A stretch of 62,584 nt of DNA, counting the filler, from Nemertoderma westbladi (Eukaryota; Animalia; Xenacoelomorpha), in NCBI GenBank assembly GCA_032718475.1. It is 3 parts of 3 records of this genome, joined end to end, with 100 filler letters (N's around TTAATTAATTAA, not from the genome) between each part and the next. Parts side by side here need not be neighbours in the genome. Positions count along the whole stretch, not along the records: positions 22,088 to 49,172 come from JAUCBJ010005105.1; 2 more parts are not named here. The stretch is one strand, 5' to 3'. Both the position numbers and the translations under genes were made by a program. The notes beneath the pieces are model-generated. The model saw only the letters and a program-made list of their open reading frames with translations, did no database searches and was not told the origin of the DNA. Numbering within the stretch: the first letter of the stretch is position 1; every line of letters starts with the position of its first letter. This document shows positions 36,699 through 49,272 of this stretch, one piece after another.

Positions 36699-37895
36699 CT
36701 ACTACTTCTACTACTACTAGAATCGGCATGCTGCATTGCAGCTGCATTTTTAAGAATGCTGTGCCGGCTTGTCGACAAAATTGCGCCGCCACAACTCCCT
36801 ATCACCCATGAGATTTGCTAGATCATCCGCATCTTCAAGACCAGTGTCCTTTAAGATGCGTCTCAAGAAAGTCATGGGCTGTCCATCATGCTTATTCACT
36901 CCATGAGGCTGCCAAAGTACACGATTATGCACTGGCTGGTCCTCATGGCGAAAGCAATGTCCTGCAAAGCGGAGACGATTTTGTTCTAGTGTCAAGCTTG
37001 GGGGAACCAATGAGACACCTCCAATGTTATACAGTGTCTGGTTGGAGATGTGTGCATTGTACTTGACACAATGAACCACAATGTGTTGGCAAGCTGTATT
37101 TTTCCAGGTGTTTGTTATTATACATTTATTATAGGAAGGGATCTAGCGGTCTTAACCTCGAATGATAAGTTTATTTTACCGAAAATAACTTATCTTTTAT
37201 TGGCGCAATGATAGGACTAATCCCATCACATGCGTACTTTTTAACCGGGTAGTACTGGGTCTCATCAGCGTGGTGTCGGATTCGAACCTGGGACCTCGAG
37301 GTGGAAGCCGAGACTACAACCACTAGGCCACAGTTCTTGAGATATGGAGTATTAATTTCAAAGCCAACTGCCATTTTATTGGCCCCTGATTTTTGATTAT
37401 TGATACTTTGAGTACTCCTAAGTCATCAGCAAAGTCTAGATCAGTTAGGTACTTGGCAGGATTTCCTTGACTTCTGGAGCCAGTAGGTGGAGTTTTCATC
37501 ACCACATCATCATTATGATGATCTAAGGACATGCGTAGAACATAGTCAACCACAATTATGAACAAGATTGGTGCAAGTGTGTCTCCCTGGAGGACGCCCC
37601 ATAACGCTTCAAATGGTTCTGTGTCACCGTCAACAGTAGACACAAATGTTGTCGAACCATCGTAAACTGATCTGATTGCTGCAATAATTTCATCAGGAAT
37701 CCCATATAATGAAAGTATGGTGAACATACGTGAGCGAGAAACTGAATCAAAGGCCTTGAAGAAGTCAATAAAGATAACAGCCTGTCTTTCTTTTTTGAAA
37801 ACTCTTACAATTATCCTTCTAAGTGCCAAAATTACGGTCCTCAACACTAGGAGCTGTCCTATATGTTCTACAATACCCTATGACTCATTCTCGAT
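36699..37895 (-). pseudogene. RTE-clade LINE fragment with (TAG)n 3' tail, interrupted by a SINE-containing segment
   Basis: IDFFKAFDSV, GVLQGDTLAP, LTDLDFADDL, RLRFAGHCFR; near-identical to the copy at 58808-59785. Confidence 0.9.
37105..37332 (-). mobile_element. tRNA-derived SINE, family 2
   Basis: Minus strand A box TGGCCTAGTGG and B box GGTTCGAATCC; 3' boundary approximate. Confidence 0.7.
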
Positions 37896-39087
37896 GTGGG
37901 GCGAGACAAAACTGCGAGCCATCAGCGAATTGTTATAATTATACTATGGCCGTTTTCCAAAAGTCTGGTGGGGTGTGTGTGGGGGTGTGTAGGGGGTGTG
38001 TGTGTCAGCGTATCGGAAGCCATAATTGTCGGAAGCCAATAATTAACTGCCTTTTCCTTTAACACCCAGTAACCAATAAACGCTGAGTATTTCTAGCTTG
38101 CAAAATTGATGTTGCACAGCGACTGCTAGTGGTTGTTCGATGAATTGAACTAGCCAATTAGAATAATTATAATTGTTCGCTAAGATGGCTTGCAGCTTTT
38201 GATGCACGAAGTGTTCTACATACGAAGAAGTAAACCATTTTCAAATAAAATATATATTTTTAATGAATATATTTTTACTTGGTAATACGTAGGTGCACTA
38301 ACGCAATGATTTTGAACGGAAATAAAGTATATACAACTTAGTATTCCAATTACTGCGCCATATTAACTGTATGTCTGACTGGCTAATGGCAAAGTATAGT
38401 AAGATATATATTCTAGGATTGATGCCCAGCGAGGTGATGCATGTTATCTGTCATATGATATTCATAAACATTCAGGATAATCCATAAGACTAAATAACAT
38501 TATCACATATTTTATTTACCAAAGAAGGAAAATACCAGAATTAACATAAATGCAAATATAAAACCTCGTGATTTCTAATCTCCAACTCTCTCAGACTAAC
38601 TCTCTCTCTGGACTTACGTCTCATTCAGTCGTACTATCCTATACTTAAGTAGACTAAACCCTAAACTCTTAAAAGTATTATTCCGTCGGTCTAGCCATGA
38701 CTTAAGACTCCTTCAATGTTCAATATGTCTACCCCCGACTTAAGTCCCTTCAATCTGTCTGGCTGGGCCAGAAATTTTCACTAGAAAGACGCGCCGATGG
38801 ATTGTGAAACAAGACGTCACAAGTTATAATATACCGTAGCACTGCCATGTGAGAAGGTGATTCGAACGGCATACGGCGGTCAAACGGACTCTCAACTAAA
38901 TTAGAGATTTAATGATGTTGATATAGTGTGGCACATATGCCATATCACCCTCACACGTACCACAATGTCACACTGCTATACGAGCAGGCCATTTGAATCC
39001 GCTTTTAAATGCATCATCACCCTTGAAAACAATATCATATCCATAAATATCGTATTTTTGTGAAGCTTTCATACCAATATAACGTTT

Positions 39088-39290
39088 TAATAATAATAAT
39101 ATTGATTATTAATATAGCGCTTTACTACCAACCCAGCGCTCAGAGTGCTTTTATTATTGATTCGAACCTGCACCACCAAAAAATATTATGTAAGCAGTCC
39201 AGTCGCCGTATCCACTCGGACACTGCGACACATAATATTATGTAAGCAGTCCAGTCGCCGTATCCACCCGGACACTGCGACACATAATAT
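39088..39290 (-). mobile_element. Internally deleted SINE family 1 copy with tandemly duplicated 5' end
   Basis: GATTCGAACCTGCACCACCAAA and CGCCGTATCCACTCGGACACTGCGAC shared with 28215-28285; the head is present twice about 51 bp apart. Confidence 0.8.
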
Positions 39291-39979
39291 TATTTTGTAT
39301 GTTTTACTATAATCGTATTCATACTTTGATCAGAACTGGAAGAAAAAACTGTATATTTGGCGATCAGGCGTCCAGGACGAGCGCAACGAGTCTTTTGAAG
39401 GTAACTAGTAATGTTTGGTAACAAACATTAAAAAAGTTCAAACATAAATGTATCGAATTCTGTCCAATTTTACCCAATAGCTGATATCCCTGTTTCTCAC
39501 CTCTTAAAGTTTTTGTATCGCAAGCTTCTCGGCGGTTTAACACCACTATATAAGACCACTATATTTATTATGCAGATTATGCAGATAAATGTTTGATTAT
39601 GCAGATTTACTTTACGTATTTGATGTCAATTAAACAATTTCAATTTCAATTTCATAACTTATAAAAATAAACCGATAAATATAAATTTTATTTTTAAAGC
39701 TTGTGGATCGGAATTGTCCGCACACCATAAATACGAAAATCTCAAAGATACATAATATTTTGTCATGTATATACTATCACTTTCTCTTAAATATATTGTT
39801 ATACCGCTAAATATGGAATGGAAATTAATTATGCCGTCGTTTTTTGTTAGTAAATCTATTGAAATGTTCGCTGCCCATATTTATAATATGAACCACCCAG
39901 TGATAAGACAAATCGAACTATTTTGTTCATCGAGATGGATAGTAAAGTAGTAATATAGCGTAATAATTAAATTTATATT

Positions 39980-40195
39980 TTATGCGAAGGTGAGTCGGAG
40001 ACTAGATTTAGAGGCTCGACCCCGAGCAATACTGGGTTCCGGCTCGGGTTCTAATCCAGCTCGTACAACTCGGTTGTTCTGTTTGCTACTACTAGTATCT
40101 TTATCCAGCTCTTCTTGTCTTTGTTTCTCCCTTTTTTGTCTCGACAACTCAAATTCCTGCTGATCTTTTTGTAATTTTATTTGATCCTTTTCATA
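39980..40195 (-). CDS. Putative terminal exon of a coiled-coil protein gene
   Basis: Acceptor TTTTATATTTTTAG before 40195; reads YEKDQIKLQKDQQEFELSRQKREKQRQEELDK...SLRLTFA* with TAA at 39982-39980; phase 0. Absent from the ORF track because it has no start codon. Confidence 0.7.
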   Translation of the reverse strand, partial: YEKDQIKLQKDQQEFELSRQKREKQRQEELDKDTSSSKQNNRVVRAGLEPEPEPSIARGRASKSSLRLTFA

Positions 40196-40614
40196 CTAAA
40201 AATATAAAAAAGTTGACACAATGAAAACAAACACAAACAGCCCCTAACACTACAACCAAACACACAGTTTCTTGTTAAATATTCTGGTAGGTTTCAGGAA
40301 TTCTCAGCCCGCATAATAATAATAATAACTTTATTTATAAACCGCCTATTCAATGATAGCTCAAGGCGCACAAACTACGAAATAAGTAAAAGTTCTAAAA
40401 ATTACAAATATACAATGTAATGTTAATTAATTAAGACATAGAGTTGAAAATCGTTTAAAATCGGCAATAGAAAAGTCAATCACCATACTAAGCCGTAAAA
40501 TAAAAAGTCTTCATAATGGGTGATATTAGCCCTATCTGATTATCTATAGTTTTCCGTGAAGTGTTTTTATACGTTCTAAATCGAAATTCAACGTTCTTAA
40601 TTATATTATATTTT

Positions 40615-41861
40615 CACCATGACCCGTAATATAGTGTCATTTTATGATGACACGGACCCCCCCCCCCCCCCCCCCCTCATATTTTTCTACAAATCTTTAT
40701 CATATTGCTTCCACCTTGGTGTAGTGGTTGCATTGAATTCACATCTCCTGTAGGTCGTGGATTCGATCCTCACAATCATACCTCACAGTTTTCGTTTCGG
40801 CACGAATGCTTTAAAGGGCGGCACGAATGCTTTAAAGGACCAGCCAGGCCGCATCTCTGCCTTGCATCCTTAAGTGGTAGCTAAATAAGTACTGGAGTTT
40901 CCTCTGTGGAGTAAAGTTCTGGGGGGACCACACTGGAAATAAGTCGTCAGACTTTGTGCGTAATCCCTGGCCTAGCGGCCGCAGAAAAGTTACTTTACTT
41001 TACTTTTTATATTGCTTGAAATTTGAAACACCACTAGTTCCACTCACCGTCGTTGACCCCATGTAGCCGGAATTTTCGATTTTGACTTTAAAGTCTTTTT
41101 ATAAGCGTTTTAAAAAAGAGTCTTTTGCGAAATCGCACCCTCCGTGTCGTGGCCATTCTTCACATTAGTCGTAATCATATCATATGATTAGAAAGCTTGC
41201 GTTGCAAGGATTTCAAATATGTAACAATATCTGAATTTCGTTGAGAAACAACTGAGATATAGGCGTTCAAAGATTGCAAGAATTATCGTTCGCTGAAGGC
41301 CATTTATTCTATTTAATAAATACACGATGTTCTGGAACATTTTGTTTAAGTATGAATAGCTCCATATTAGATCTATTGGATAGGAATAGCGATGTTGCCT
41401 ACCAACTCATAAAATAAATAACACGTTCTAGAATTTTGTGTATATTTATTAAATAGAATAAATGGCCTGCAGCGAACAATAATTCTCGCAATCTTTGAAC
41501 GCCTAAATCTCAGCTGTTTCTCAACGAAATTCAGACATTGTTACATATTTGGAATCCTTGCAACGCAAGCTTTCTAATGATATAAAAAAGCAAGCTTTCT
41601 AATGATATAAAAAAATTACGACTAATGTGAAGAATGGCCACGACATAGAGGGTGCGATTTCGCAAGACACTTATTTAAAACGATTATAACAAAAAATTTA
41701 AAGGCAAAATCGAAAATTACAGCTCCATGGGTAACAACCACAGTGAGTGGAACTAGTTGTGTTTCAAATAATTGCAAGCGCTATGATAAAGATTTGTAGA
41801 AAAATCTGGGGGGGGGGGGTCCGTGTCATCAGAAAATGACACTATATTACGGGACATGGTG
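40615..41861. mobile_element. Foldback MITE, same family as 33352-35717, with a SINE insertion
   Basis: Same CACCATGACCCGTAATATAGTGTC terminus, mirrored at 41838-41861. Confidence 0.85.
40711..41008 (+). mobile_element. tRNA-derived SINE, family 3, with (TTTAC)n tail
   Basis: A box TGGTGTAGTGG, B box GATTCGATCC; TSD ATATTGCTT at 40702-40710 and 41009-41017; LINE-like tail GGACCACACTGGAAATAAG. Confidence 0.85.
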
Positions 41862-41871
41862 TATTTATTTA

Positions 41872-42677
41872 CACCATCACCATTAATACAACAATAAATT
41901 TCAATAAAATGCTACGAAATTTGGTATGATGATAGATCGACACCTTTTCTTACTGCTGGCCTGGCCGGATTTTTCAATTTCTCAGTTATTTCCATACAAC
42001 AAGCCCTTATTAAATGTCTATTTAGCAATGTTTAACCACCTCCGTAAACTTTATTTTTCGTCTTTGGAATATAATCTGGATATCGTTAGAACCGCCTTCA
42101 TCTGCAGATTCCAAATCAGAAAACCGTTTTAAATTTAACCAAAAAGTGCAAAATACTAGTCAATAGTCAAAAAAAAGAATAGTAAAAATACTAATATGTA
42201 AATTTAGAGACGTAAATCGCTATAATTCTGATGTTTTGTTGTCTTTATTCTAGAATATTAATTATTATTTAGCTGAGCGTGTAAAACTCACCATAGCGAT
42301 TATAGCGATTTACGTCACAAAATTTACACATTAGTATTTTGATAATATCTCCGAAATGTATTGATGAAATTTAAAATGTTTCCAGATTCTGAATCTGCAG
42401 ATGAAGGCAGTTCTAATGATATCCAGATTTAATTCCAAAGAAGAAAAATAAAGTCTACGGAGATGGCTAAATATTGCAAAATAGACGATTTGTAACGGCT
42501 TGTTGTATCGAAATAGCTCATAAATTAATAAAATCCGGCCGGCCGGCACCAAGAAAAGATGTCGATCTATCTTCATACCAAATTTCGTAGCATTTTATTG
42601 AAATTTGAAAAAAAAATTAGGGGGGGGGGGGGGGCTCCGACCCCCTAAAAATGGTTGTTGTATTAAGGGTAATGGTG
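41872..42677. mobile_element. Foldback MITE, second CACC...GGTG family with TA flanks
   Basis: CACCATCACCATTAATACAAC vs GTTGTATTAAGGGTAATGGTG; long inverted arms explain the mirror-image ORFs 41926+ and 42331-. Confidence 0.8.
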
Positions 42678-43108
42678 TACGGGCCTTAAAGATTCTCCCA
42701 TTAATTTTCATTAGATATTATCACTATTGTTAAAATAGTTTATTGGTACATAATTTTCCAGTTAAGAATCGCTCTCTACGTTGTTATAATTTTTCCTTCG
42801 CTAAATTACTTAATTAATACACAATAAGGTCACAAACAGATAATTAGGAGTATACATTCCTGTAGAATCCTTCTCAATCAGATAATATTATTTTGGGGTA
42901 ATTTGGCGGCTTTTAGTGAAAGGTTCATCAAATAATAAGATTCGACGATGCGAGTTTGTTAGAGGGATAAGAAAACGATCGGCTGAATAATATTAACTTT
43001 CCCACACCGCGGGAAAATTTTAAGCTATAAGTATAAAATGCTACACAATGTATCTTAATTGGGATTCCAGTTTAAGGTAGTTTACGCTATGGTGAAAAAA
43101 AATAAATA

Positions 43109-43938
43109 TTTATCGCGGGTAGGAATAGCCCGGGTGTGTGTTTATCGCGGGTGGGAATAGCCCGGGTGTGTGTTTATCGCGGGTAGGAATAGCCCGGGTG
43201 TGTGGTTATCGCGGGTAGGAATAGCCCGGGTGTGTGTTTATCGCGGGTAGGAATAGCCCGGGTGTGTGTTTATCGCGGGTAGGAATAGCCCGGGTGTGTG
43301 TTTATCGCGGGTAGGAATAGCCCGGGTGTGTGTTTATCGCGGGTAGGAATAGCCCGGGTGTGTGTTTATCGCGGGTAGGAATAGCCCGGGTGTGTGTTTA
43401 TCGCGGGTAGGAATAGCCCGGGTGTGTGTTTATCGCGGGTAGGAATAGTCCGGGTGTGTGTTTATCGCGGGTGGGAATAGCCCGGGTGTGTGTTTATCGC
43501 GGGTAGGAATAGCCCGGGTATGTGTTTATCGCGGGTAGGAATAGCCCGGGTGTGTGTTTATCGCGGGTAGGAATAGCCCGGGTGTGTGTTTATCGCGGGT
43601 AGGAATAGCCCGGGTGTGTGTTTATCGCGGGTAGGAATAGCCCGGGTGTGTGTTTATCGCGGGTGGGAATAGCCCGGGTGTGTGTTTATCGCGAGTAGGA
43701 ATAGCCCGGGTGTGTGTTTATCGCGGGTGGGAATAGCCCGGGTGTGTGTTTATCGCGGGTAGGAATAGCCCGGGTGTGTTTATCGCGGGTGGGAATAGCC
43801 CGGGTGTGTGTTTATCGCGGGTAGGAATAGCCCGGGTGTGTGTTTATCGCGGGTAGGAATAGCCCGGGTGTGTGTTTATCGCGGGTAGGAATAGCCCGGG
43901 TGTGTGTTTATCGCGGGTAGGAATAGCCCGGGTGTGTG
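43109..43938. repeat. 32-bp intronic minisatellite TTTATCGCGGGTAGGAATAGCCCGGGTGTGTG (~26 copies)
   Basis: 32-bp periodicity (43141, 43173...). Confidence 0.97.
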
Positions 43939-43967
43939 GGCTCATAATTAATTGCAGCCTTTCTAAC

Positions 43968-44141
43968 CTGCCTCATCTTCTCTTGAGCACTTCTTCTATC
44001 CTCAATGATCTCGCGTCGTTCCTCCTCTATATTTATCCTCAATTTCTCCAGTTGCTCCCGGTCTTTTGCTAACTTATCCCACTCGGCCTGTAAAGATTTC
44101 TGTTTCCATTCGAGTTCCTTCTCCTTTGATTGTTTTTCCAT
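43968..44141 (-). CDS. Coiled-coil gene, putative penultimate exon
   Basis: Acceptor TTCATTCAG|ATG, donor CAG|GTTAGA; 58 codons MEKQSKEKELEWKQKSLQAEWDKL...KMRQ; phase 0/0. Confidence 0.75.
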
Positions 44142-44606
44142 CTGAATGAATAAATTAAACTTATAGAATAGATTGCAATGTGTAATGTGCTTAAATAGTA
44201 GCCGGAATTAAACAGGGAAAAGCTCAGATATACTCGAATTCATAACGCCTACCATTATTTTATTAGCGAGGGGATAAAGACGGCCAAGTACACAGTAGGA
44301 TGGTTGAGCACAGTGGATAAAGATGATTGGTATTGACAGTTGGGGGGCCATGAGATCAATTAAGGACATACACGATATCAGGTAAAATTTCCAGGTCTAC
44401 CTTTTATCTGAGCCGCTATTGGAATAGTAAGAACGCCAGTCTTCCAACCTGTAGGTCACCAGTTCGATCCCATCTGGACGTCATTGCCGACTTTTCTAAG
44501 CTGTGCCCAACGAAAAATATAATATCTCTATTTACGTTACCATATAAATTCAAACACTAGCGTACCTAGATTCCATTATTCTGCTCACATTCCTACAATA
44601 ACGCAC

Positions 44607-44843
44607 CTCTCGTGCCTTCCGCTCCATCTCATCCTGCTTATCTCTCTGTTTCTGCTCCATCTCTATCTCTTGTAATCTCATCTTTCTCTCCTGTTCCAAT
44701 TGCTGTTTCTCCATGGCTTTCTGTTTCTCCCCCATCTCTATGTCCCTCCGTTTCTCTGCTTCCCTAATTTCTCTTTCTTTATCTAACATCTGCTGTTGTC
44801 TTTCTTTCTCTATCTCAATCATTTTCTTCTCCTGGTCGCGTTC
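44607..44843 (-). CDS. Coiled-coil gene, internal exon (E/K/Q/R/M-rich)
   Basis: ERDQEKKMIEIEKERQQQ...MERKARE with donor GAG|GTGCGT, phase 0; the acceptor position (AAG) is less certain. Confidence 0.7.
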
Positions 44844-45370
44844 CTTTGTTTAAATCAAAAGTAAGTAACTTAAATAATTAAGGTAAATGGGGAGGGGGAT
44901 AGCTAAATTAGAACGTCCGATTTTTTTGCTTTTTTATATTTAGCATAAGCTGCTATAATATTAGTTTATCACTGTAATAAGTTGGTTACCAGATTTGTAA
45001 TACCATACAAGGTAGAGTCCGGGATACAGTACATAACTTGGTCAGTTTGCTGACGGGATGTAAATATTAGTTCGGGGCAGGCCTTGGCTACTTTTCAATA
45101 ACATCCTTAATGCACGACCCCCGAGTGGTGAAAGTGCCCCACACATACCCGGTTCGGTTCGTGTTTTCTCGGGTAGTTCGGTCTCGAAACCAAATATTAA
45201 TAGGACCAAAATGTCCTAAACGCATTGTTCTAGAACCTAACCGATCCAATCAGAACATTTACTAATTAAACATGAAATTTATAAGGATTTAGGAAAAACA
45301 TATTTTTACCATCTAAAATTCCAAATAGGTAAAAGTTTACAGTAAAAAATTTACACTAAATTCACATTAG

Positions 45371-46042
45371 TGCGGTGGCTGATTGCGGCCAATTATTTCC
45401 ATTTTTTAATGTTTTTCACCCGGGTGAAAAACATTTATCACCCGGGTGAAAAACATTTATCACCCGGGTGAAAAATATTTATCACCCGGGTGTAAAACAT
45501 TTATCACCCGGGTTAAAGACATTTACCACCCGGATGAAAAATATTTATCACCCGGGTTAAAAACATTTATCACCCGGGTGAAAACCATTCATCACCCGGG
45601 TGAAAAATATTTATCACCCAGGTGAAAAACATTTATCACCCGGGTGAAAAATATTTAAATGTTTAACTATTGACTTTCATTTATTGTTTTGGTTAGAATA
45701 ACATGCCATAGTAATATGATCCTTTCCCTTAATTGATTACTAACATTGGTCGAGATATTAATTCGCCAAGAGTGAATCTGGATCAAAATGAGCTTTCGAT
45801 ATTATTTATAAGGAAACCCGGGTGATTTTTCACCCGGGTGATCAATATTTTTCACCCGGGTGATCAATATTTTTCACCCGGGTGATAAATACTTTTCACC
45901 CGGGTGAAAAAGGTTTTTCACCCGGGTGATAAATGTTTTTCACCCGGGTAATAAATGATTTTCACCCGGGTGATAAATGTTTTTCACCCGGGTGAAAAAG
46001 AATTTAAAAAATGGAAATAATTGGCCGCAATCAGTCACCGTA
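45371..46042. mobile_element. IS3EU-like MITE with inverted arrays of a 22-bp palindromic repeat
   Basis: ~37-bp TIRs T(G/A)CGGTG(G/A)CTGATTGCGGCCAATTATTTCCATTTTTT; 6-bp TSD CATTAG at 45365 and 46043; internal TTTATCACCCGGGTGAAAAACA arrays in opposite orientations. Confidence 0.8.
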
Positions 46043-46242
46043 CATTAGCATTTGCCTTGTGTGTATGGTGGTAATGTACATATACTACTGTATTACCGTT
46101 AGATAGCATTGAAAAACGCCTGTCCAGTGTGTAATGGATAACACACGTATTAAGCAGCCTGGAGGTTTCTATGGGTTACAATAATAACTTTGTCGGTGAT
46201 TGGTAAGCAAGTCGTTAGACTTGATTACTGTAAGAAAAAAAG

Positions 46243-46567
46243 CTACTGACTTCTGGCTACTGACTACAACTACAGTAGCTACTGGCTACTGACTACTGGC
46301 TACTGACTACTGGCTACTGGCTACTGGCTACTGACTGGTGGCTACTGACTACTGGCTACTGACTACTGGCTACTGTCTACTGACTACTGACTACTGGCTA
46401 CTGACTACGGGCTACTGACTACTGGCTACTGGCTACTGACTACTGGCTACTGACAACTGACTACTGACAACTGACTACTGGCTACTGACTACTGGCTACT
46501 GACTACTGGCTACTGACTACTGACTACTGACTACTGGCTACTGACTACTGGCTACTGACTACTGACC
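46243..46567. repeat. 7-bp microsatellite (GACTACT/GGCTACT)n
   Basis: Direct inspection. Confidence 0.95.
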
Positions 46568-46984
46568 TAGAGCAAAAACGACTCTAACGATTTTGATAAA
46601 ATTTTGCATGAACCATGAAAATAGATTTCTATGGGTACTTGTGAAATCGCGGTTTAAATTGAAACATCTCAACTTGTTTTATTTCGAAAAATAGCCCCAA
46701 AACACGAAAATTGCCATAGGCGCAATGATAAAAAAGCACCAGCTGGCACTCATGAAATATGTAAAGAGATGGCCTGGTAATGCATTCAATAGGAAGGACC
46801 AACTAACAAAGAAGTACTTTCTGTGCCAAGTATTATCACTATACTCTACAACCCAGACAATAAGCAAACATTAACTGGTTGAGCTGGCTATTACAGTCTC
46901 AGCTGAATAACTCTTCCCAATGTTAATTAATGGGCGTGCAAGCTAAATGACTGTTATAGTTGCACAGTGTGTTGGCTACACAGT

Positions 46985-47430
46985 GTGGGGCGAGCGACGT
47001 AAGTAAGCGAGCTGTCTGTTGATCTGTCGATCTGTTGATCTGTCGTTCTGTTGTTCTGTCGTGTCCAATTTTAAACGTTAATAACTCAGCCAAATGTTAA
47101 TGAAATTTAACCAAACTTGGTACACATAATTATATAGTCTGGCCAAAGTTTAGAAATTTTCCAAGTTGAATTTTCGCGTGGCCTTCGAGAAGCTAAGATA
47201 ATAGCAGTTAATTAGTTAATTAAGTTGAGTAGGATAAAAACATCAATTTCAACCTGCCTCCTCTCTAAAGGATATTAATTATTTTCTAGTATAAGATTTA
47301 AATAATAAATAATTATACTTAAAAGTTATACAGCTGTAATCCCCATACAACATTCCATTATAGTTTTTAATTAGTTCAAGTGATTTGCTTTAATAAATGT
47401 GTCTTTAATTGATCTAAACGTAATTAAAGC
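46985..47430 (+). mobile_element. Helentron/HINE-like element, copy 1
   Basis: GTGGGGCGAGCGACG..GCGAGC start, CTGT-rich microsatellite and AACTCAGCCAAATGTTAATGAAATTTAACCAAACTTGGTACAC body; collinear with 48480-49070. Confidence 0.6.
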
Positions 47431-48479
47431 GGCACAATTATTGAGTACAAATTTAAGTCCTTCCCATTATTGGTCAACATAGTCTCTGCGGGGGTGTAGA
47501 GCTGCTAGCTGGCACCAGGGCAGAGGGGAATTGTACTGTAATAGGCAGCCAGTAGTATTGCTATAGCAACACAGACATAACTCCAACCACACTGCCTGTA
47601 TTTCAATTCCTATTGACTCTATACTATAAATGTTGTATTACTTACTATCTCAGGTGACAGAAGATATAATGACATAAATACTCATGGCTGTTGTAGGCTT
47701 ATATCTGAAGTAGTTTATTCCGCAATATATTTGTCTGGTTATTTTTTAATTGAATTTTTGCAAAGTAGTAAAATTAATGTTCTTAAAAATAATATTATTA
47801 TTTTATATGTAACCTAGGAAATTAGCTACATATTTTCGCTGCAGCTTTAAGAGTGTACATTGATTTAATATTATTTCAATACCCATATTACTACATCGGC
47901 ATACGATGCGTTGGCGTTGTATCACACATCTCCACATAGATGTATCAGCAGTTACTCGCACAGTTTCGAAACTTCGCATAGTTATAACTGTATAAAGATC
48001 GTCAGTCTTGGTTTAGGAAAAATATTTTAATGCAAAACAGGACGAGCGACGAGCGCAACGAGGCATATAATGAAGACCAGTACTGCGTAGACTATGTTCC
48101 TATAAACCATACCTGGCTTCGCCTATTGAAGGCATCGGTAGTTATAAAGATCGTCCGTCAGTCTGCGTTTAGGAAATATGTTTAAATACAAAACAGGACG
48201 AGCACAACGACGTTTATAATAATGAAGACGAGTACTGCCTACTGCGTTGAAGGCATCGGTAGTTATAAATTACTGGTGGGTGGGAAGGGTGGGGGGGGGG
48301 GGGGGGGGTGCAGATTAAAAGGGGTGAACACGTACTGTCCCCCTTTCTTTGATTGATTGGTGGTGTGGGTAAATTTCTCAAAACCTGATTTTGTGATACA
48401 GTCGCTCAATTTTAATCTGTATCTGATAACTGAGCCTCGCCCTGCGCGATGGCCCCACGAAGTGTCGTTACGTTGCTCA

Positions 48480-49070
48480 TTGTGGGGCGAGCGACGAAAG
48501 TAGGCGAGCTTAGCATACAGGTACCACTAACTCAATCGTGTGCTGTAGTTCTGTGTCTTGATCTGTTGTGTTCCAATTTTAAACGTTAATAAACTCAGCC
48601 AAATGTTAATGAAATCTATCCAAACTTGGTACACATGTAGTCTGGCGAAAGTTTAGAAGTTTTCGAAGTTGAATTTCCGTGTGGCCTTCGAGAAGCTAAG
48701 ATAATATAAGTTAATTAGTTAATTCAGTTGGTTAATAACTCAGCCAAATGTTAATGAAATTTAACCAAACTTGGTACACATGTAATCTGGCCAAAGTTTA
48801 GAAATTTTCCATGTTGAATTTCCGTGTCGCCTTCGAGAAAGTAAGATAATAGCAGTTAATTAGTTAATTAGAGTTGATTAGGGTAAAATCAGCAATTTCA
48901 ACCTGCCTCTTAAAGGATATTAACTATTTTCTAGTATAAGATTTAAATAATTATACTTCAAAATTATATAACTGTATTTCCCATACCCCATTCCATTATA
49001 GTTTTCAAGTTACAGTTCAAGAGATTTGCCTTATAAGAAATGGTTTTTAATTGATCTAAACGTAATTAAG
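48480..49070 (+). mobile_element. Helentron/HINE-like element, copy 2 (internal ~145-bp tandem duplication)
   Basis: Same start and body as 46985; AACTCAGCCAAATG at about 48592 and 48737. Confidence 0.6.
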
Positions 49071-49172
49071 TTATTAAAATGCCACCGTATCTCTATACTT
49101 CCAGCTCCCTCATTTATTGGCATGCTTGATATTGCCTAGCCTATCTGCTGGCGCTGCTGGGAACCATAGTCC

Positions 49173-49272
49173 NNNNNNNNNNNNNNNNNNNNNNNNNNNN
49201 NNNNNNNNNNNNNNNNTTAATTAATTAANNNNNNNNNNNNNNNNNNNNNNNNNNNNNNNNNNNNNNNNNNNN
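49173..49272. other. Assembly gap with artificial linker
   Basis: N-run with TTAATTAATTAA. Confidence 0.97.

Noticed and set aside
41926-42576. Two similar ORFs on opposite strands
   Set aside because: Mirror translations of MITE inverted arms.
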